DNA of 64,000 nt from contig JACRKZ010000031.1 of the NCBI GenBank assembly GCA_016235455.1, positions 1 to 64,000 of the forward strand. The letters run 5' to 3'. A program made the translations under genes and the position numbers. Positions 26,125 to 36,437 of this stretch are shown here, piece after piece. The notes below the pieces were generated by a model, which ran no database searches, had not been told where the DNA came from, and was given only the letters and a program-made list of their open reading frames with translations. The stretch comes from Armatimonadota bacterium (lineage in GTDB: Bacteria; Armatimonadota; UBA10988). Every line of letters starts with the position of its first letter. Positions within the stretch are counted from its first letter, which is position 1.

Positions 26125-28107
26125 GTGAGACGACCGAGTCTGGTGGCTGGCCTGCTCATGGCCGGTCTGGGGTCCTTGGCGGCCGAAGAGATCGTACGGC
26201 CGCCGGTGGCGGCGGTGGTGGTGGCGCAGCCGCCCAAGGTGGACGGCGTCCTCGACGATCCCTGCTGGAAGCAGGCGGCGCATGTCGACGGCTTCGTCTT
26301 CCCCACGGAGAACCGCCCCGCCACGGAGCCGACCGAGGGCTGGGTGTGCCTCGATGACAGCTTCCTCTACGCGGCGATCTACGCGCATGACAGCAAGCCG
26401 GACACCATCCTGCAGGCCATCACGCAGCGGCAGGTCGACCTGGGCCGGGACGACTATGTGTCGTTCTACGTGGACCCCGTGGCCAACGGCGTGGAGAAGT
26501 ATGCCTTCTCGGTGAACCCGCGCGGCACCATGTCGGACGCCATCCCCCAGATCGGCAGCGACAACTACGCCTGGAAGGGCGTCTGGAAGGCGGCCGCCAA
26601 GCGGGTCAAGGACGGCTACTGCGTCGAGATCGCCATCCCGCTCAAGATGCTGCGCTACCGCAACGGCCAGACCAGGTTCGGCGTGGGCTTCATGCGCAAC
26701 CTCGAGCGCGAGGAGGAGCAGAGCTTCTGGCCGCCCATGCGCGACCGCTACGAGAGCCACAAGCTGGGTATCCTCGAGCCGCTGGCCCTCAAGCCGCGCC
26801 ACAACGTGCCGCTGTTCATGCCGTATGTGGTCGGCCGGCTGAGCGAAAAGGAGCACGCCACGGTGCAGGCCGGCCTCGATGTCCGGCATCTGTTCGGTAC
26901 CGGCGTCATGGGCCTGGCCACGCTCAATCCCGATTTCCGCAACATCGAGGATGTGGTCGACACCATCGCCTTCTCCTACACGCCGCGCCAGCTCGGCGAG
27001 ACGCGACCGTTCTTCGGCGAGGGCTCAGGCTTCTTCCCCGGCTCGGGCACGTGGTACAGCCGACAGGTGCCCAACATCATTGGTGGCCTGAAGACCTATG
27101 GCCGCATGGGCCGGCACGATGTGGGCCTGCTGGGCACGTGGAGCGACCACGGCCGGCTCGATGCCGTGGGGAACTACGTCTTCCGGCTCAACGACGACGC
27201 CAGCCTCTCGGCCGGCATGGTCTGGCGCGACGCACCGGGCGATCCGACCAACGTGGCGCTGAGCGGCGGCTTCCACTGGTTTGAACCCATGGGCACCGCG
27301 GGCCTGTCGGCCGATGCCAGTGTGCGCCAGAGCTTCACCAACGGGCCCGGCGGCGACGGCAACACCTACTACGGCTCGCTGAGCTACAGCGGCAACGGCC
27401 ACGTCGGCGGGTGGGTCAACTACAACCAGGTCAATCCGTCGTTCAAGGCGCTCGACGGATACGTGCCGGACGCCGACCTGCGCGGCTGGTCGACCGGCAT
27501 CCAGGGCGGCGTGCGCTCGCAGGGCCACCTGATCCAGGAGCACAGCTGGAGCGCCAGCGTCTCCGAGTACCTGCGTTCCGACGGCACGATGTTGAGCAAC
27601 GGCGCCAACGCGAGCCTGTACGCGCGCTACCGGTTCGGCATGAATACCACGCTCAGCGCCTATGTGGGCCAGCGGCCGCCGCACCATGACTGGAGCGGCA
27701 CCGCGTCGGTGCGCTGGGGGCTGGAGTCGGCCTACGACGAAGGCGGCCTGTCGGTGACCTTCGGCCGGCGTGGCTCGGGCGACTACTTCTACGCCCGGCT
27801 GGACCAGGGCTGGCAGCCCATGGACCGGCTGCTGTTCAGCCTGGCCAGCGAGTACACCTACCGCTACTTCGGGCTCGGCGGCGACGCAACGGTGAGCCGC
27901 ACGCAGAACCTGCTCACGGCGTCGTACCGCCTCGATGACTTCTCGGCCGTGTCGGCCCGGTTGGTGGAGCGCGCGGGCGACATCAACCTGTTCGTGGCCT
28001 ACCGCATGTCGCCGCTTTCGGGCGATAATCTGTCGTTGCTCTACGGCGACCCCAATGCGCGCACGACGAAGACCCAGGTCCAGACGAAGCTGACCTGGCC
28101 GTTCTAG
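26125..28107 (+). CDS. CBM9-like sugar-binding domain plus DUF5916-like outer-membrane beta-barrel
   Basis: PKVDGVLDDPCW, VEIAIP..LRY, ATLNPDF.NIE, ETRPFF.EG; alternating beta strands; terminal Phe (KLTWPF). Start uncertain (26104, 26125 or 26158). Confidence 0.75.
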   Translation: MRRPSLVAGLLMAGLGSLAAEEIVRPPVAAVVVAQPPKVDGVLDDPCWKQAAHVDGFVFPTENRPATEPTEGWVCLDDSFLYAAIYAHDSKPDTILQAITQRQVDLGRDDYVSFYVDPVANGVEKYAFSVNPRGTMSDAIPQIGSDNYAWKGVWKAAAKRVKDGYCVEIAIPLKMLRYRNGQTRFGVGFMRNLEREEEQSFWPPMRDRYESHKLGILEPLALKPRHNVPLFMPYVVGRLSEKEHATVQAGLDVRHLFGTGVMGLATLNPDFRNIEDVVDTIAFSYTPRQLGETRPFFGEGSGFFPGSGTWYSRQVPNIIGGLKTYGRMGRHDVGLLGTWSDHGRLDAVGNYVFRLNDDASLSAGMVWRDAPGDPTNVALSGGFHWFEPMGTAGLSADASVRQSFTNGPGGDGNTYYGSLSYSGNGHVGGWVNYNQVNPSFKALDGYVPDADLRGWSTGIQGGVRSQGHLIQEHSWSASVSEYLRSDGTMLSNGANASLYARYRFGMNTTLSAYVGQRPPHHDWSGTASVRWGLESAYDEGGLSVTFGRRGSGDYFYARLDQGWQPMDRLLFSLASEYTYRYFGLGGDATVSRTQNLLTASYRLDDFSAVSARLVERAGDINLFVAYRMSPLSGDNLSLLYGDPNARTTKTQVQTKLTWPF

Positions 28108-28119
28108 GAGGCATCATCG

Positions 28120-28758
28120 ATGGGCGATTTCCTGTGGCAGAGCGGGCAGACCGTGGTCATGACCGGTGACAGCATCACCGATTGCGGGCGGTTCGGCGAC
28201 CCGGCGGGACTGGGCAGCGGCTACGTGCGCCAGACCGTGGGTCTGGTTCGCGCCCGCTATCCCGAGCGCGAACTCAACATCATCAACACGGGCATCAGCG
28301 GCCACTGCACGGACGATCTGCAGGCGCGCTGGCAGGCCGATGTGCTCGATCACCGGCCTGACTGGGTGACGATCATGATCGGCATCAACGATCTGCACCG
28401 CACCAAGGACAACGTCAAGCATCTGCCGGCCGACGAGTTCGAGACGCGCTACCGCGATCTGCTCACGCAGACCGCCGCGGCCGGCGCGCGGCTCGTGCTG
28501 ATCGACCCCTTCTTCATGTGCCTGGGCGACTGCCCGGACGCCTACTGCGCCGACGTGCTGGGCCGGCTGCCCGGCTACCTGGCCGCCGTCGACAAGCTGG
28601 CCGCCGAGTTCGGCGCGCTGCACGTGCGCACCCAACAGGCCTGGGAACGCGTGCTGCGCGTCTACCCGGCCAAGGCCTGGTGCGACGAGCCTGTGCATCC
28701 CAACAGCGACGGCCACTACGTGATGGCCAACGCGTTGCTGGAGGTGCTGGGCTTCTGA
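28120..28758 (+). CDS. SGNH/GDSL family hydrolase
   Basis: GDSITD, NTGISG, IGIND and the EPVHP catalytic block. Confidence 0.92.
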   Translation: MGDFLWQSGQTVVMTGDSITDCGRFGDPAGLGSGYVRQTVGLVRARYPERELNIINTGISGHCTDDLQARWQADVLDHRPDWVTIMIGINDLHRTKDNVKHLPADEFETRYRDLLTQTAAAGARLVLIDPFFMCLGDCPDAYCADVLGRLPGYLAAVDKLAAEFGALHVRTQQAWERVLRVYPAKAWCDEPVHPNSDGHYVMANALLEVLGF

Positions 28759-28831
28759 GGCGTCGGCGTCCCGCCAGTGCGCGACCGGCCCGGTGATCAC
28801 AGCAGAGCCGCGGAGCGTTCGCTCGACACCG

Positions 28832-28858
28832 CGGGGCACGGCCCCGGGCCGTGCCCCG
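28832..28858. repeat. Perfect GC-rich palindrome, REP-like
   Basis: CGGGGCACGGCCC-C-GGGCCGTGCCCCG (13-bp arms), intergenic. Confidence 0.55.
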
Positions 28859-28907
28859 TCTTGTCGCCGACCTCCATTCGGGCTACCCTTGAGCCGCGGA
28901 GTCGAGC

Positions 28908-30281
28908 GTGGCCCAGGATCTAATGCAGGAGGAGTGGTCGGAGCCCAAGCTGCGCGGCAAGCTGGAGCCGGCGCTGCGCGAGTTCGGCCGGCCGGCCACC
29001 CTGGGCGACATCGTCGCGGCCACCGGTCTGCCCGCCGAGCGCACCGAGCCCGTGCTGCGCGCGCTGCTGGACCAGTACAACGGGCAGCTTGCCGTTGATG
29101 AGCATGGCGAGTTGGTCTACGGCTTCCCGCGCGGGCTGGACCGGCGCCGCACCCTGTCCGAAATGGCCGCGCAGGCGCTGGCCGCGCTCTGGCTGTGGTT
29201 CAAGCTGGCCTACAAGGTGGGCATCAGCGTCATGCTGGTGGCCTACTTCACCATCTTCCTGACCATCGCGCTGATCCTGCTGGTGGCGGCCATCGCCGGC
29301 GTGTTCAAGGACGCCGACCTGGACGGCTGCGGCGACGGCTGCGACCTGGGCGGCTGCGGCGAGGGCTGCGCCAACGCGCTGTTCTGGATGCCCGTCCCCA
29401 TACCCGTCGATGTGCCGCCGCAGACGCAGCGCAAGGGCCGCCGCAAGGCGAAACCGCGCGACGCCAACTGGCTGCCCTTCTGGCAGCGAGTCTATGAGTT
29501 CGTGTTCGGACCCGACCAGCCCCAGCCCGACAACCTGGCCATCGAGCGCGAGTTGCTCGACTTCCTGCGCGACCATCGTGGCCGCGTCACGGCGGCCGAG
29601 CTGGCGGCGCTGCGTGGCATCAGCCTGGACGACGCCGACAAGCTGGCGCTGCATCTGATGGTCGAGCATGGCGGTGACGTGGCGGTCAGCGACGACGGCT
29701 CGCTGGTCTACCTGTTCGACCATCTCATGGTGTCCGCCACGGAGTCGGCCGAAGAGGCCGACGCTCCGCGGCGTTGGAGCTGGTGGTGGGAACGCGCCGA
29801 GCCCCAGCCGACGTTGAACCGTAACAGCGCGGGCGCCAACTGGGGTATTGGCTTCCTGAACGCCTTCAACCTGACCGCGTCGGCGCTGTTGGCGCGGGCG
29901 CTGTGGGATCTGGGCCTGGGCTGGTTCCTCGGGCTGGGCCTGGCGCCGCTGGGATTCTCGGCGCTGCTGTTCCTGATCCCGCTGGCCCGCTGGTTCAAGC
30001 TACCGGCACAGAAGCAGGCGGTGGATCGTCGTAACCGGCAGCGCGCCTGGGCGGAGAAGGTGTTCGGCGGCACGACGCTGCTGCCCGACGAGTCGGACCC
30101 GGAGCTGGACGCGTTCGCACGGTGGTGGCAGGCTGAACCCGAAGTGGACGACGACGGCCGGGTGCGCTACCGTTTTGGCAGAATAGCTCAAGAGCTGACC
30201 GATGTGGCGGCGGCGCGAGAGGCGGTCGATCCGACCCAGTTCCGGCTGGGCGCCATCGACTACGACTCGGACAAGGACTGA
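28908..30281 (+). CDS. Membrane protein similar to the At5g03900/cyanobacterial uncharacterised family
   Basis: Repeated HTH-like unit (TLGDIVAATGL...G.LAVDEHGELVYGF; GDVAVSDDGSLVYLF; PEVDDDGRVRYRF) with TM segments. Confidence 0.6.
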   Translation: MAQDLMQEEWSEPKLRGKLEPALREFGRPATLGDIVAATGLPAERTEPVLRALLDQYNGQLAVDEHGELVYGFPRGLDRRRTLSEMAAQALAALWLWFKLAYKVGISVMLVAYFTIFLTIALILLVAAIAGVFKDADLDGCGDGCDLGGCGEGCANALFWMPVPIPVDVPPQTQRKGRRKAKPRDANWLPFWQRVYEFVFGPDQPQPDNLAIERELLDFLRDHRGRVTAAELAALRGISLDDADKLALHLMVEHGGDVAVSDDGSLVYLFDHLMVSATESAEEADAPRRWSWWWERAEPQPTLNRNSAGANWGIGFLNAFNLTASALLARALWDLGLGWFLGLGLAPLGFSALLFLIPLARWFKLPAQKQAVDRRNRQRAWAEKVFGGTTLLPDESDPELDAFARWWQAEPEVDDDGRVRYRFGRIAQELTDVAAAREAVDPTQFRLGAIDYDSDKD

Positions 30282-30284
30282 ACG

Positions 30285-31031
30285 GTGCAAACAACGGGGC
30301 AACGCGCGAAGACGGTGGCACGCCTGCTCTGGCGGGCGCTGGCCATGGCCGCAACGCTGGTCGCGGGCATCGCCTGGGCCGCATTCTATGCGCTCACACG
30401 CGTGCTCGCCGCGAGTAAGCGCGTGGGCTTCTGCGCCACGCTGGTGGGCCCGGGCTCGCTGGTGGCGCTGTACCTCGTTCAGCGTGGGCATCCGGCGGCG
30501 ATGACGCTGCTCCTGGCCTTTGGCCTCACCGCCGCGCTCTGGTATGTTTCGCGGGACGCGTGGGTGGAATACTCAGAGAAGCTGACCTTCCTGGCGCGCG
30601 CCGAGATGCACGGCCGCCGCCTGCACGATGGGCCGGACTGGCCCAGTGTGCTGCGCGGCCATGCCGCTGATCGCGTGGGCCGCGGCTACCTGGTGGTCGC
30701 GCTGCTGCTCGCGGCGCTGGCGGTCTACGGCTGGTGGGCGGCCGCGCCGGTGTTGCGTGAGTTGATGAGTACCGTGGTGCTGGCCCTGGCGGGCGTGAAC
30801 TTTGTCATCCAGGCGGTCGTGGTGTGGCGGGTGGAGCGGGCCGAAAAGGTGGCGTTCTACCACCGCGGCTGGCCCATCGGTGAGGCTCGCTGCTGCGAGG
30901 ACTGGCTGGCGGCCCGCTGGCCGGGCGCCAAGCGGATCTGGGCTACTCGTGCATTGTTGACAGAGATGCTGGCGCCGGTGGCGCATTCGGCCGAGGCCAT
31001 TCTGGTACCCCGCGGGGGCTGCCAGGGCTGA
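30285..31031 (+). CDS. Hypothetical membrane protein
   Basis: About 5 hydrophobic segments; starts 3 nt after the upstream stop. Confidence 0.6.
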   Translation: MQTTGQRAKTVARLLWRALAMAATLVAGIAWAAFYALTRVLAASKRVGFCATLVGPGSLVALYLVQRGHPAAMTLLLAFGLTAALWYVSRDAWVEYSEKLTFLARAEMHGRRLHDGPDWPSVLRGHAADRVGRGYLVVALLLAALAVYGWWAAAPVLRELMSTVVLALAGVNFVIQAVVVWRVERAEKVAFYHRGWPIGEARCCEDWLAARWPGAKRIWATRALLTEMLAPVAHSAEAILVPRGGCQG

Positions 31032-31075
31032 TCGACCCCGACCGAGCCGCGCGGCGCCGAGCAGGGGAGAGCGCT

Positions 31076-32638
31076 GTGGCAAGCGAGATCTGGCTGCATC
31101 TGTTGGCGTGGGAGCTGCGTTACGCCGTGCGGCGCAGTGCCCTGTGGGTGATGGTGGCCAGCGCGGCGCTGGCGCCCCCGCTCTTCGGCTGGGCCATGGC
31201 GCGGGCTTATGACCAGCCGCTGCCCATCCTCTATGCCCCAGCCTGTGGCGCGCAGGCGCTGCTGCTGGCGCTGCTGGTGGCCTCTTGGACCGCCTTCAGC
31301 GTCAAACGGCAGGTCGGCGCCGAGTTGAGCGACGACTGGCTGATGGTCATCACCTGGCGGCAGTCGCTGCTGGTGCGCTACGTGGCGGCGGCGCTGCTGG
31401 GCCTGCTGATGGCCGTGGCCAGCGTCGGCACCATGCTGCTGGTGGCGCGCCTCGACCCCAACGCGCCGGCCGGCCTGCACCCGGCGCAGTGGAGCGCCTT
31501 TGGCGCCGTGCTCCAGGGCCTGGCCTCGGCCGCCGTGGTGGTCGGTGCCGCGGACTTCCTGCTGGCCTCGGAGGCCACGGTACTGTCGGTGCAGTTGGCC
31601 TTCACCGCCTTCTGGTCGTTCGTGCCGGTCATGGGCTACTTCTGGCCGGCCTGGATGCTGACCGATCCCTTCCAGGCGTCGCCGGGCTGCTCGGCGGCGG
31701 TCTTCGGCCTCGTGGCGACGTTCGCCTGCTGCTGGGCGCTGGCCCTGGGCTGGCGGCGCAGCGAGGACTTCTGGGCGCTGCTCAAAGCCGAACACCGCAA
31801 GGGACAGGACGTGAGCATCGGCGAGATCCGCAGCGAGATCGCCGGCAGCCAGAGCGGCAACAGCGCCAGCGGTCGCCAGGCCTTGGCCGAGGCCCGCACC
31901 AGTTGGCGGCTGTTCGACCTCGAACCGATCTTCGTGCACGACCTGGCCCGCTTCCCTGCGCTCTCCCTGCCGCGCAGCAGCGAAGCCTGGCAGCGCGCCG
32001 TGCGCTTTGCCGGCTGGATGACGGGCGTGCTGCTGATCTATGCGGCCGGCTTCCGCTGGATCTCCGGCAGCAACGTCGAAGTCGGGGTGTGGCGCATCTT
32101 CTGCTGGTGGGCCGGCGCGCTGGTCGTCATGCTGCGGGCCCTGGCCAGCGGTGTGCAGATCGTGGCCGAGGAGCGCGAACAGTGCACCTTGCCCGCGCTG
32201 GCCATCACGCCGGTGGGGCTGGCACACGCGCTGAGCGCCAAGGTGCTGGTGGTGCTGGTCCAGGCCGCGCCGTGGCTGGTCCTGCTGCGTCTGGCCGCGG
32301 CCGGGCACCGCGAACTGCCCATCGCGCTGGTGGCGGTGCTGACCGCCTCGGCCGCCATGGTCGGGCCGCTGGCCGCGGCGTGGTTCAGCGGCCGGCTGGT
32401 GGCTGTCATGGTCGGCGGGCTGGGCGCGGCGGTGCTGGGTCTGAGCCTGATGCGCTTCATCTATCGGCCGGTGGCGAGCGCCTACAGCGCCCTGGAGTTC
32501 GCTCTTCCGCTACCGCATGGCGAGTGGCTGCCGACGCTCCTGGTGGTCGGCGCGCTGGCGGCCGCGTGGCACAGGCTGCGCGTCGCGGCGAGCGCCGGTC
32601 TGTATCGCGCGGCGGGCGAGCTGGGGCAGGGGACGTAG
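31076..32638 (+). CDS. Polytopic membrane protein, ABC-2-type permease-like (copy 1)
   Basis: WELRYAVRR N-terminus; ABC-2 motif AEEREQCTLPALAITPV....LSAK; many TM helices. Confidence 0.7.
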   Translation: MASEIWLHLLAWELRYAVRRSALWVMVASAALAPPLFGWAMARAYDQPLPILYAPACGAQALLLALLVASWTAFSVKRQVGAELSDDWLMVITWRQSLLVRYVAAALLGLLMAVASVGTMLLVARLDPNAPAGLHPAQWSAFGAVLQGLASAAVVVGAADFLLASEATVLSVQLAFTAFWSFVPVMGYFWPAWMLTDPFQASPGCSAAVFGLVATFACCWALALGWRRSEDFWALLKAEHRKGQDVSIGEIRSEIAGSQSGNSASGRQALAEARTSWRLFDLEPIFVHDLARFPALSLPRSSEAWQRAVRFAGWMTGVLLIYAAGFRWISGSNVEVGVWRIFCWWAGALVVMLRALASGVQIVAEEREQCTLPALAITPVGLAHALSAKVLVVLVQAAPWLVLLRLAAAGHRELPIALVAVLTASAAMVGPLAAAWFSGRLVAVMVGGLGAAVLGLSLMRFIYRPVASAYSALEFALPLPHGEWLPTLLVVGALAAAWHRLRVAASAGLYRAAGELGQGT

Positions 32639-32644
32639 CGCACG

Positions 32645-34204
32645 ATGGCGAGCCCGGTGTGGCGATACCTACTGGCCTGGGAGCTGCGTTACGCGGTGCG
32701 GCGCAGCGCGTTCTGGCTGATGCTGCTCGGCGCGGCGCTGCTGCCGGTAGCCTTCGGCTGGGCCATGGCGCGCGCCTACGGCCAGCCCGGTTTCATGCTC
32801 TACGCCCCGGCCTGCGGCGCGCAGATGGTGCTGCTGTCGGTGCTGGTCGCCGCGTGGACCGCGCTCAGCGCCAAGCGCCAGGTCAGCTCGGAGCTGAGCG
32901 ACGACTGGCTGCTGGTCATCACCTGGCGGCAGTCGCTGCTGGCGCGCTATGCCGCCGCGGCGCTCATGGGCCTGGCCATGGCCCTTGCCAGCACGGTCGC
33001 CATGCGGCTGGCCATCGCCTGGTGCGGCGGCACGGGAGCCATGCTGGCGGTTGCCGCGCAGCGCCACGTGTTCGGCGCGGTGCTGCAGGGCCTGGCTTCG
33101 GCGGCGGTGGTGGTGGGCGCGGCCGACTTCCTGCTGGCCTCGCAGGCCACGGTGCTGTCGGTGCAGTTGGCGGTCACGCTGTTCTGGTCGTTCGTTCCGT
33201 TCCTGGGCTTCTTCTGGCCGGCCTGGGTGCTGACCGACCCCGCCAACCTGGGCACTCCGGACGGCGCGCTGCTGTTCGCGCAGGTGGCCAAGGGGCTGTG
33301 CCTGGTGCTGTTCGGCTTTGGCTGGCTGCGTAGCGAGGACTTCTGGCTGCTGCTTGCCGAGCGCCGCCGCGACGGCTACGATGCGAGCATCGGCGAGATC
33401 CGCAGCGAGATCGCGGGCAGCCAGACGGCCAACAGCGCCGGTAGCCGCCTCGCCCTGGCCGCGTCGCGCGCGCGCTGGCGCCAGCTACGATTGCCGCCCT
33501 GGCTGGTGGCCGATCTGGCGCGCTATCCGGTCATCGCGCTGCCACGCGGCAGCGCCGGCTGGGGCCGGCTGATCAAGTTCGCGTTGCTGCTGGGCACGGT
33601 TTTGCTGGCCTATGTCGGCGCCACCTCGGCTGCCGGCCGAGAGGTCGATCTGGACTGGATCTTCTGGCAGACGTTCGGCTGGTGGGCCGCGCTGGTGATC
33701 GTGCTGCTGCGGGCGCTGGCCAGCGGGGTGCAGATTGTGGCGCAGGAGCGCGAGCAGGGCACGCTGGCCGATCTGGCGACCACCCCCGTAGGGTTGGCGT
33801 ACATGCTCAACGGCAAGGTGCTGGTGGTCGTGTGGCAGGCCGTGCCGTGGCTCGTACTGCTGGTCGCCTGGGCGTGGGACGGCCACACGCTGCCCTTCTC
33901 GAGCCTCGTGCCGCTGATCGTCGCCGCCGCGTTGTTGGCGCCGTGCGCCGCCGCCCTCTTCGGCAGCCGCTTGCTGGCGGTTCTCGCGGCTGGGGGTGGG
34001 GCGTTCCTGCTCATTGCCGTCCTGTGGGCGCAAGCAGCGCGTTTCGCCTGCAACTGGCCCGGCATGTTCCACAAGCACCTGAACCAATGTGGTGAACTCA
34101 TCGCGATGGAGCTGGTCATCCTCGTGCTGCCGTTGGTCTGGTTCGCCGCGCGCGACATAGCGCTCGTCTGGCTCCGCCGCTCGGCCGGCAGCCAGACGGC
34201 CTAG
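32645..34204 (+). CDS. Polytopic membrane protein, ABC-2-type permease-like (copy 2, tandem paralog)
   Basis: Collinear with 31076-32638 (ELSDDWL.VITWRQSLL, SIGEIRSEIAGSQ, LRALASGVQIVA.ERE). Confidence 0.7.
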   Translation: MASPVWRYLLAWELRYAVRRSAFWLMLLGAALLPVAFGWAMARAYGQPGFMLYAPACGAQMVLLSVLVAAWTALSAKRQVSSELSDDWLLVITWRQSLLARYAAAALMGLAMALASTVAMRLAIAWCGGTGAMLAVAAQRHVFGAVLQGLASAAVVVGAADFLLASQATVLSVQLAVTLFWSFVPFLGFFWPAWVLTDPANLGTPDGALLFAQVAKGLCLVLFGFGWLRSEDFWLLLAERRRDGYDASIGEIRSEIAGSQTANSAGSRLALAASRARWRQLRLPPWLVADLARYPVIALPRGSAGWGRLIKFALLLGTVLLAYVGATSAAGREVDLDWIFWQTFGWWAALVIVLLRALASGVQIVAQEREQGTLADLATTPVGLAYMLNGKVLVVVWQAVPWLVLLVAWAWDGHTLPFSSLVPLIVAAALLAPCAAALFGSRLLAVLAAGGGAFLLIAVLWAQAARFACNWPGMFHKHLNQCGELIAMELVILVLPLVWFAARDIALVWLRRSAGSQTA

Positions 34205-34356
34205 GGCCAGACAGGACCAGCCCCGCGCCAGAACGGCCCCAAACTGGCTACGCCACGCCCCAGCGTGGCACGACATGCGGCTCCGCGCGGCCGTGGAGGT
34301 CGGCCTACGGCCGATGCCACGCGGGAGCGGTGTGGTCTGGAACTGCTACAGGCCGC

Positions 34357-35628
34357 TCAGCGCACCAGCCGCTCATCCCCCTCAACCGCCGCCGCCGCCT
34401 CGGGCAACTCATCGAACTCCAGCCGCACCACCAGCACCGTGCCCGCCAACTCGTTGGCCGGCAGCCGCCGCAGGCGCAGGCAGGGCTGCTGCGTCGCGTG
34501 CTCGCTGGGTAGGACGGTCACCTCGCACTCCACCTCGTCGCCCGAGTTGAGCAGCGTGGCGCGGGTCGGCATGACGGCCAGCGGCTTGAGCTTGACCGAG
34601 TCGGTGACCAGTTCGCGGTGGCAGATGACGTACAACGTGGTACCGCGCCGGGTCAGCAGCACGTCGCGGTTGGTGGTCAGGTGCGAGGCGGGCTCAACGT
34701 CGATCAGCGCCTCGCGGGTCTTGTGGTACCAGGCGCCGAGCCGCCGCAGCATGCCCACCTGATGCGGGTCGATGCTGCCGTCGGCGCGCGGGCCGAGGTT
34801 GAGCAGGTAGTTGGCGCCGCGCGCTAAGTACTTGGCCAGACTGCGCTGCAGGTGGCGGTCGGTGTAGTAGTCTTCGCCGAGACGAAAGCCCCAGCTCTCG
34901 ATGCCCACCGACTGGCAGGCCTCGGTCGGCCGACTGAGCGTCATCTGGCCGTCCAGCCCGCCATCCCAGTCGCGTTCGGGCGTGCCGAAGTCGCCCTCGT
35001 CGTAGCCGCGGTTGTTGATCACCGCGCCGGGCTGCAACTCGCGGATGCGCGCGTTGATGCTCGGGTCGACGTGCTCCTCGACGTTCATGTCCCACCAGAA
35101 CCCGCCCAGCGGGCCGTAGTTGGTGCACAACTCCTCAACCTGAGCGCGCAGGAAGTCCAGATACCGCGCGTGGTCGGGCTGATCCCCGGGCAGCGGGCCG
35201 GGCAGCTCGTGGTGGCGGCCCTGGTTGGGGTAGTTGGGGTGGTGCCAGTCGACGCACGAGTAGTAGAGGCACAGCGGGAAGCGTCGGCGGCGGCAGGCCT
35301 CGGCCACCAGATAGACCAGGTCCCGGCCGTCGGGCGTGTGGGTCACGCAGAAGTCGGTCTGCTTCGTGGCCCACAGGCAGAAGCCGTCGTGATGCTTGGT
35401 GGTCAGGCACAGGTAGCCCATCCCGGCCTCTTCGGCCAGATCGAGCCACAGATCGGGGTCGAAGCGGTGCGGCACCCAGTCGCCGGCCAGCTTCTCATAC
35501 TCGCTCCGATCCACGCGGCCGCGCCACTGCAGTTGCTCATGCCAGGCCGGCAGGGCATAGAGTCCCCAATGAATGAACAAGCCGAAGCGCTTCTCAAAGA
35601 ACCAGTCGCGCGCATCGCCAAAGCGCAT
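34357..35628 (-). CDS. Alpha-L-fucosidase, GH29
   Basis: WF...RFGLFIHWG.Y, TTKHHDGFCLW, WWD nucleophile, INNR, YLLNLGP; no signal peptide. Confidence 0.92.
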   Translation of the reverse strand: MRFGDARDWFFEKRFGLFIHWGLYALPAWHEQLQWRGRVDRSEYEKLAGDWVPHRFDPDLWLDLAEEAGMGYLCLTTKHHDGFCLWATKQTDFCVTHTPDGRDLVYLVAEACRRRRFPLCLYYSCVDWHHPNYPNQGRHHELPGPLPGDQPDHARYLDFLRAQVEELCTNYGPLGGFWWDMNVEEHVDPSINARIRELQPGAVINNRGYDEGDFGTPERDWDGGLDGQMTLSRPTEACQSVGIESWGFRLGEDYYTDRHLQRSLAKYLARGANYLLNLGPRADGSIDPHQVGMLRRLGAWYHKTREALIDVEPASHLTTNRDVLLTRRGTTLYVICHRELVTDSVKLKPLAVMPTRATLLNSGDEVECEVTVLPSEHATQQPCLRLRRLPANELAGTVLVVRLEFDELPEAAAAVEGDERLVR

Positions 35629-35654
35629 GGCAGCCACCTCTCATGCCGCGGGGC

Positions 35655-36437
35655 TCAGCGCTTGCCGCGGTCGTCCTCGTCCACCACCCGCAGGCCCGAG
35701 CGCTCGAAGATGTCGGCCACGCGCTTCTCACGCGACTGCCGCTCGGCCTCGGCGCGCCGGTTGGGCTTGGGCGGCTTGGGCGGCTTGGGCTTGCCGCCGG
35801 TCTTCTGGAAGATCCGGTGCAGGTGGTGGCCAAAGTAGAAGTAGGCCGCCGGCAGGCCGACGCCACCAGCCACGGCGAACAAGCCGAGCACGGGGCCGAA
35901 CCCGTACCACAGCGACAGAATCTCCAGCACCAGCAGCACCCAGCCGTAAGCCGGCACGATGAGCAGCATGATCGGCGTGCGCAGGTTGCGCAGCGACCAG
36001 ATGGTCAACACGGCGCTCAGCGCGATGCCCGCGCCGGCGATGGGCACGGCGGCGCCCAGCGCGCTCGCGCCCAGCGAGATCAGCACGGCCGTCACGGCGC
36101 AGACGGTCAGCACGAAGACGGCGTGGATGGTGGTGCCCCACCAGCGCTCGACATCGGAGCCCGCCCACCACAGCACGAAGCCCATCATCAGCATGAAGAA
36201 GGGCTGCATGCCGACATTCACCAGCGGGTAGGTGAGTAGCGCCCACGGCCGCTGGGCCAGCGCCTCGCTGTGCACCGCCAGGCTGCTGGCCAGCGCGGCC
36301 ACTGGCGGCGCCAGGAAGGCGAAGAACCACAGCGCCACGGAGGCCACGATGAACCAGAAGGTGAACGGCGCGCTGCGCGGCGCGAACCTGGGTCCGAAGC
36401 TGATGGTCGAGGTTTGATAGGCCATGGTTGTGCTCAC
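35655..36437 (-). CDS. Rhomboid-like (DUF1751/Der1-type) membrane protein, probably non-catalytic
   Basis: PWALLTYPLV, LWWAGSDVERWWG and about 6 TM helices; no GxSG serine or TM6 His visible. Confidence 0.65.
   Translation of the reverse strand: MSTTMAYQTSTISFGPRFAPRSAPFTFWFIVASVALWFFAFLAPPVAALASSLAVHSEALAQRPWALLTYPLVNVGMQPFFMLMMGFVLWWAGSDVERWWGTTIHAVFVLTVCAVTAVLISLGASALGAAVPIAGAGIALSAVLTIWSLRNLRTPIMLLIVPAYGWVLLVLEILSLWYGFGPVLGLFAVAGGVGLPAAYFYFGHHLHRIFQKTGGKPKPPKPPKPNRRAEAERQSREKRVADIFERSGLRVVDEDDRGKR

Noticed and set aside
31285-33333. 682-aa alternative-frame ORF across the tandem permeases
   Set aside because: Arg/Gly/Ala-rich off-frame translation with no recognisable domain.
35760-35793. 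Short tandem repeat (TTGGGCGGC-like)
   Set aside because: Simply encodes the KPKPPKPPKP linker; not a CRISPR or contingency locus.
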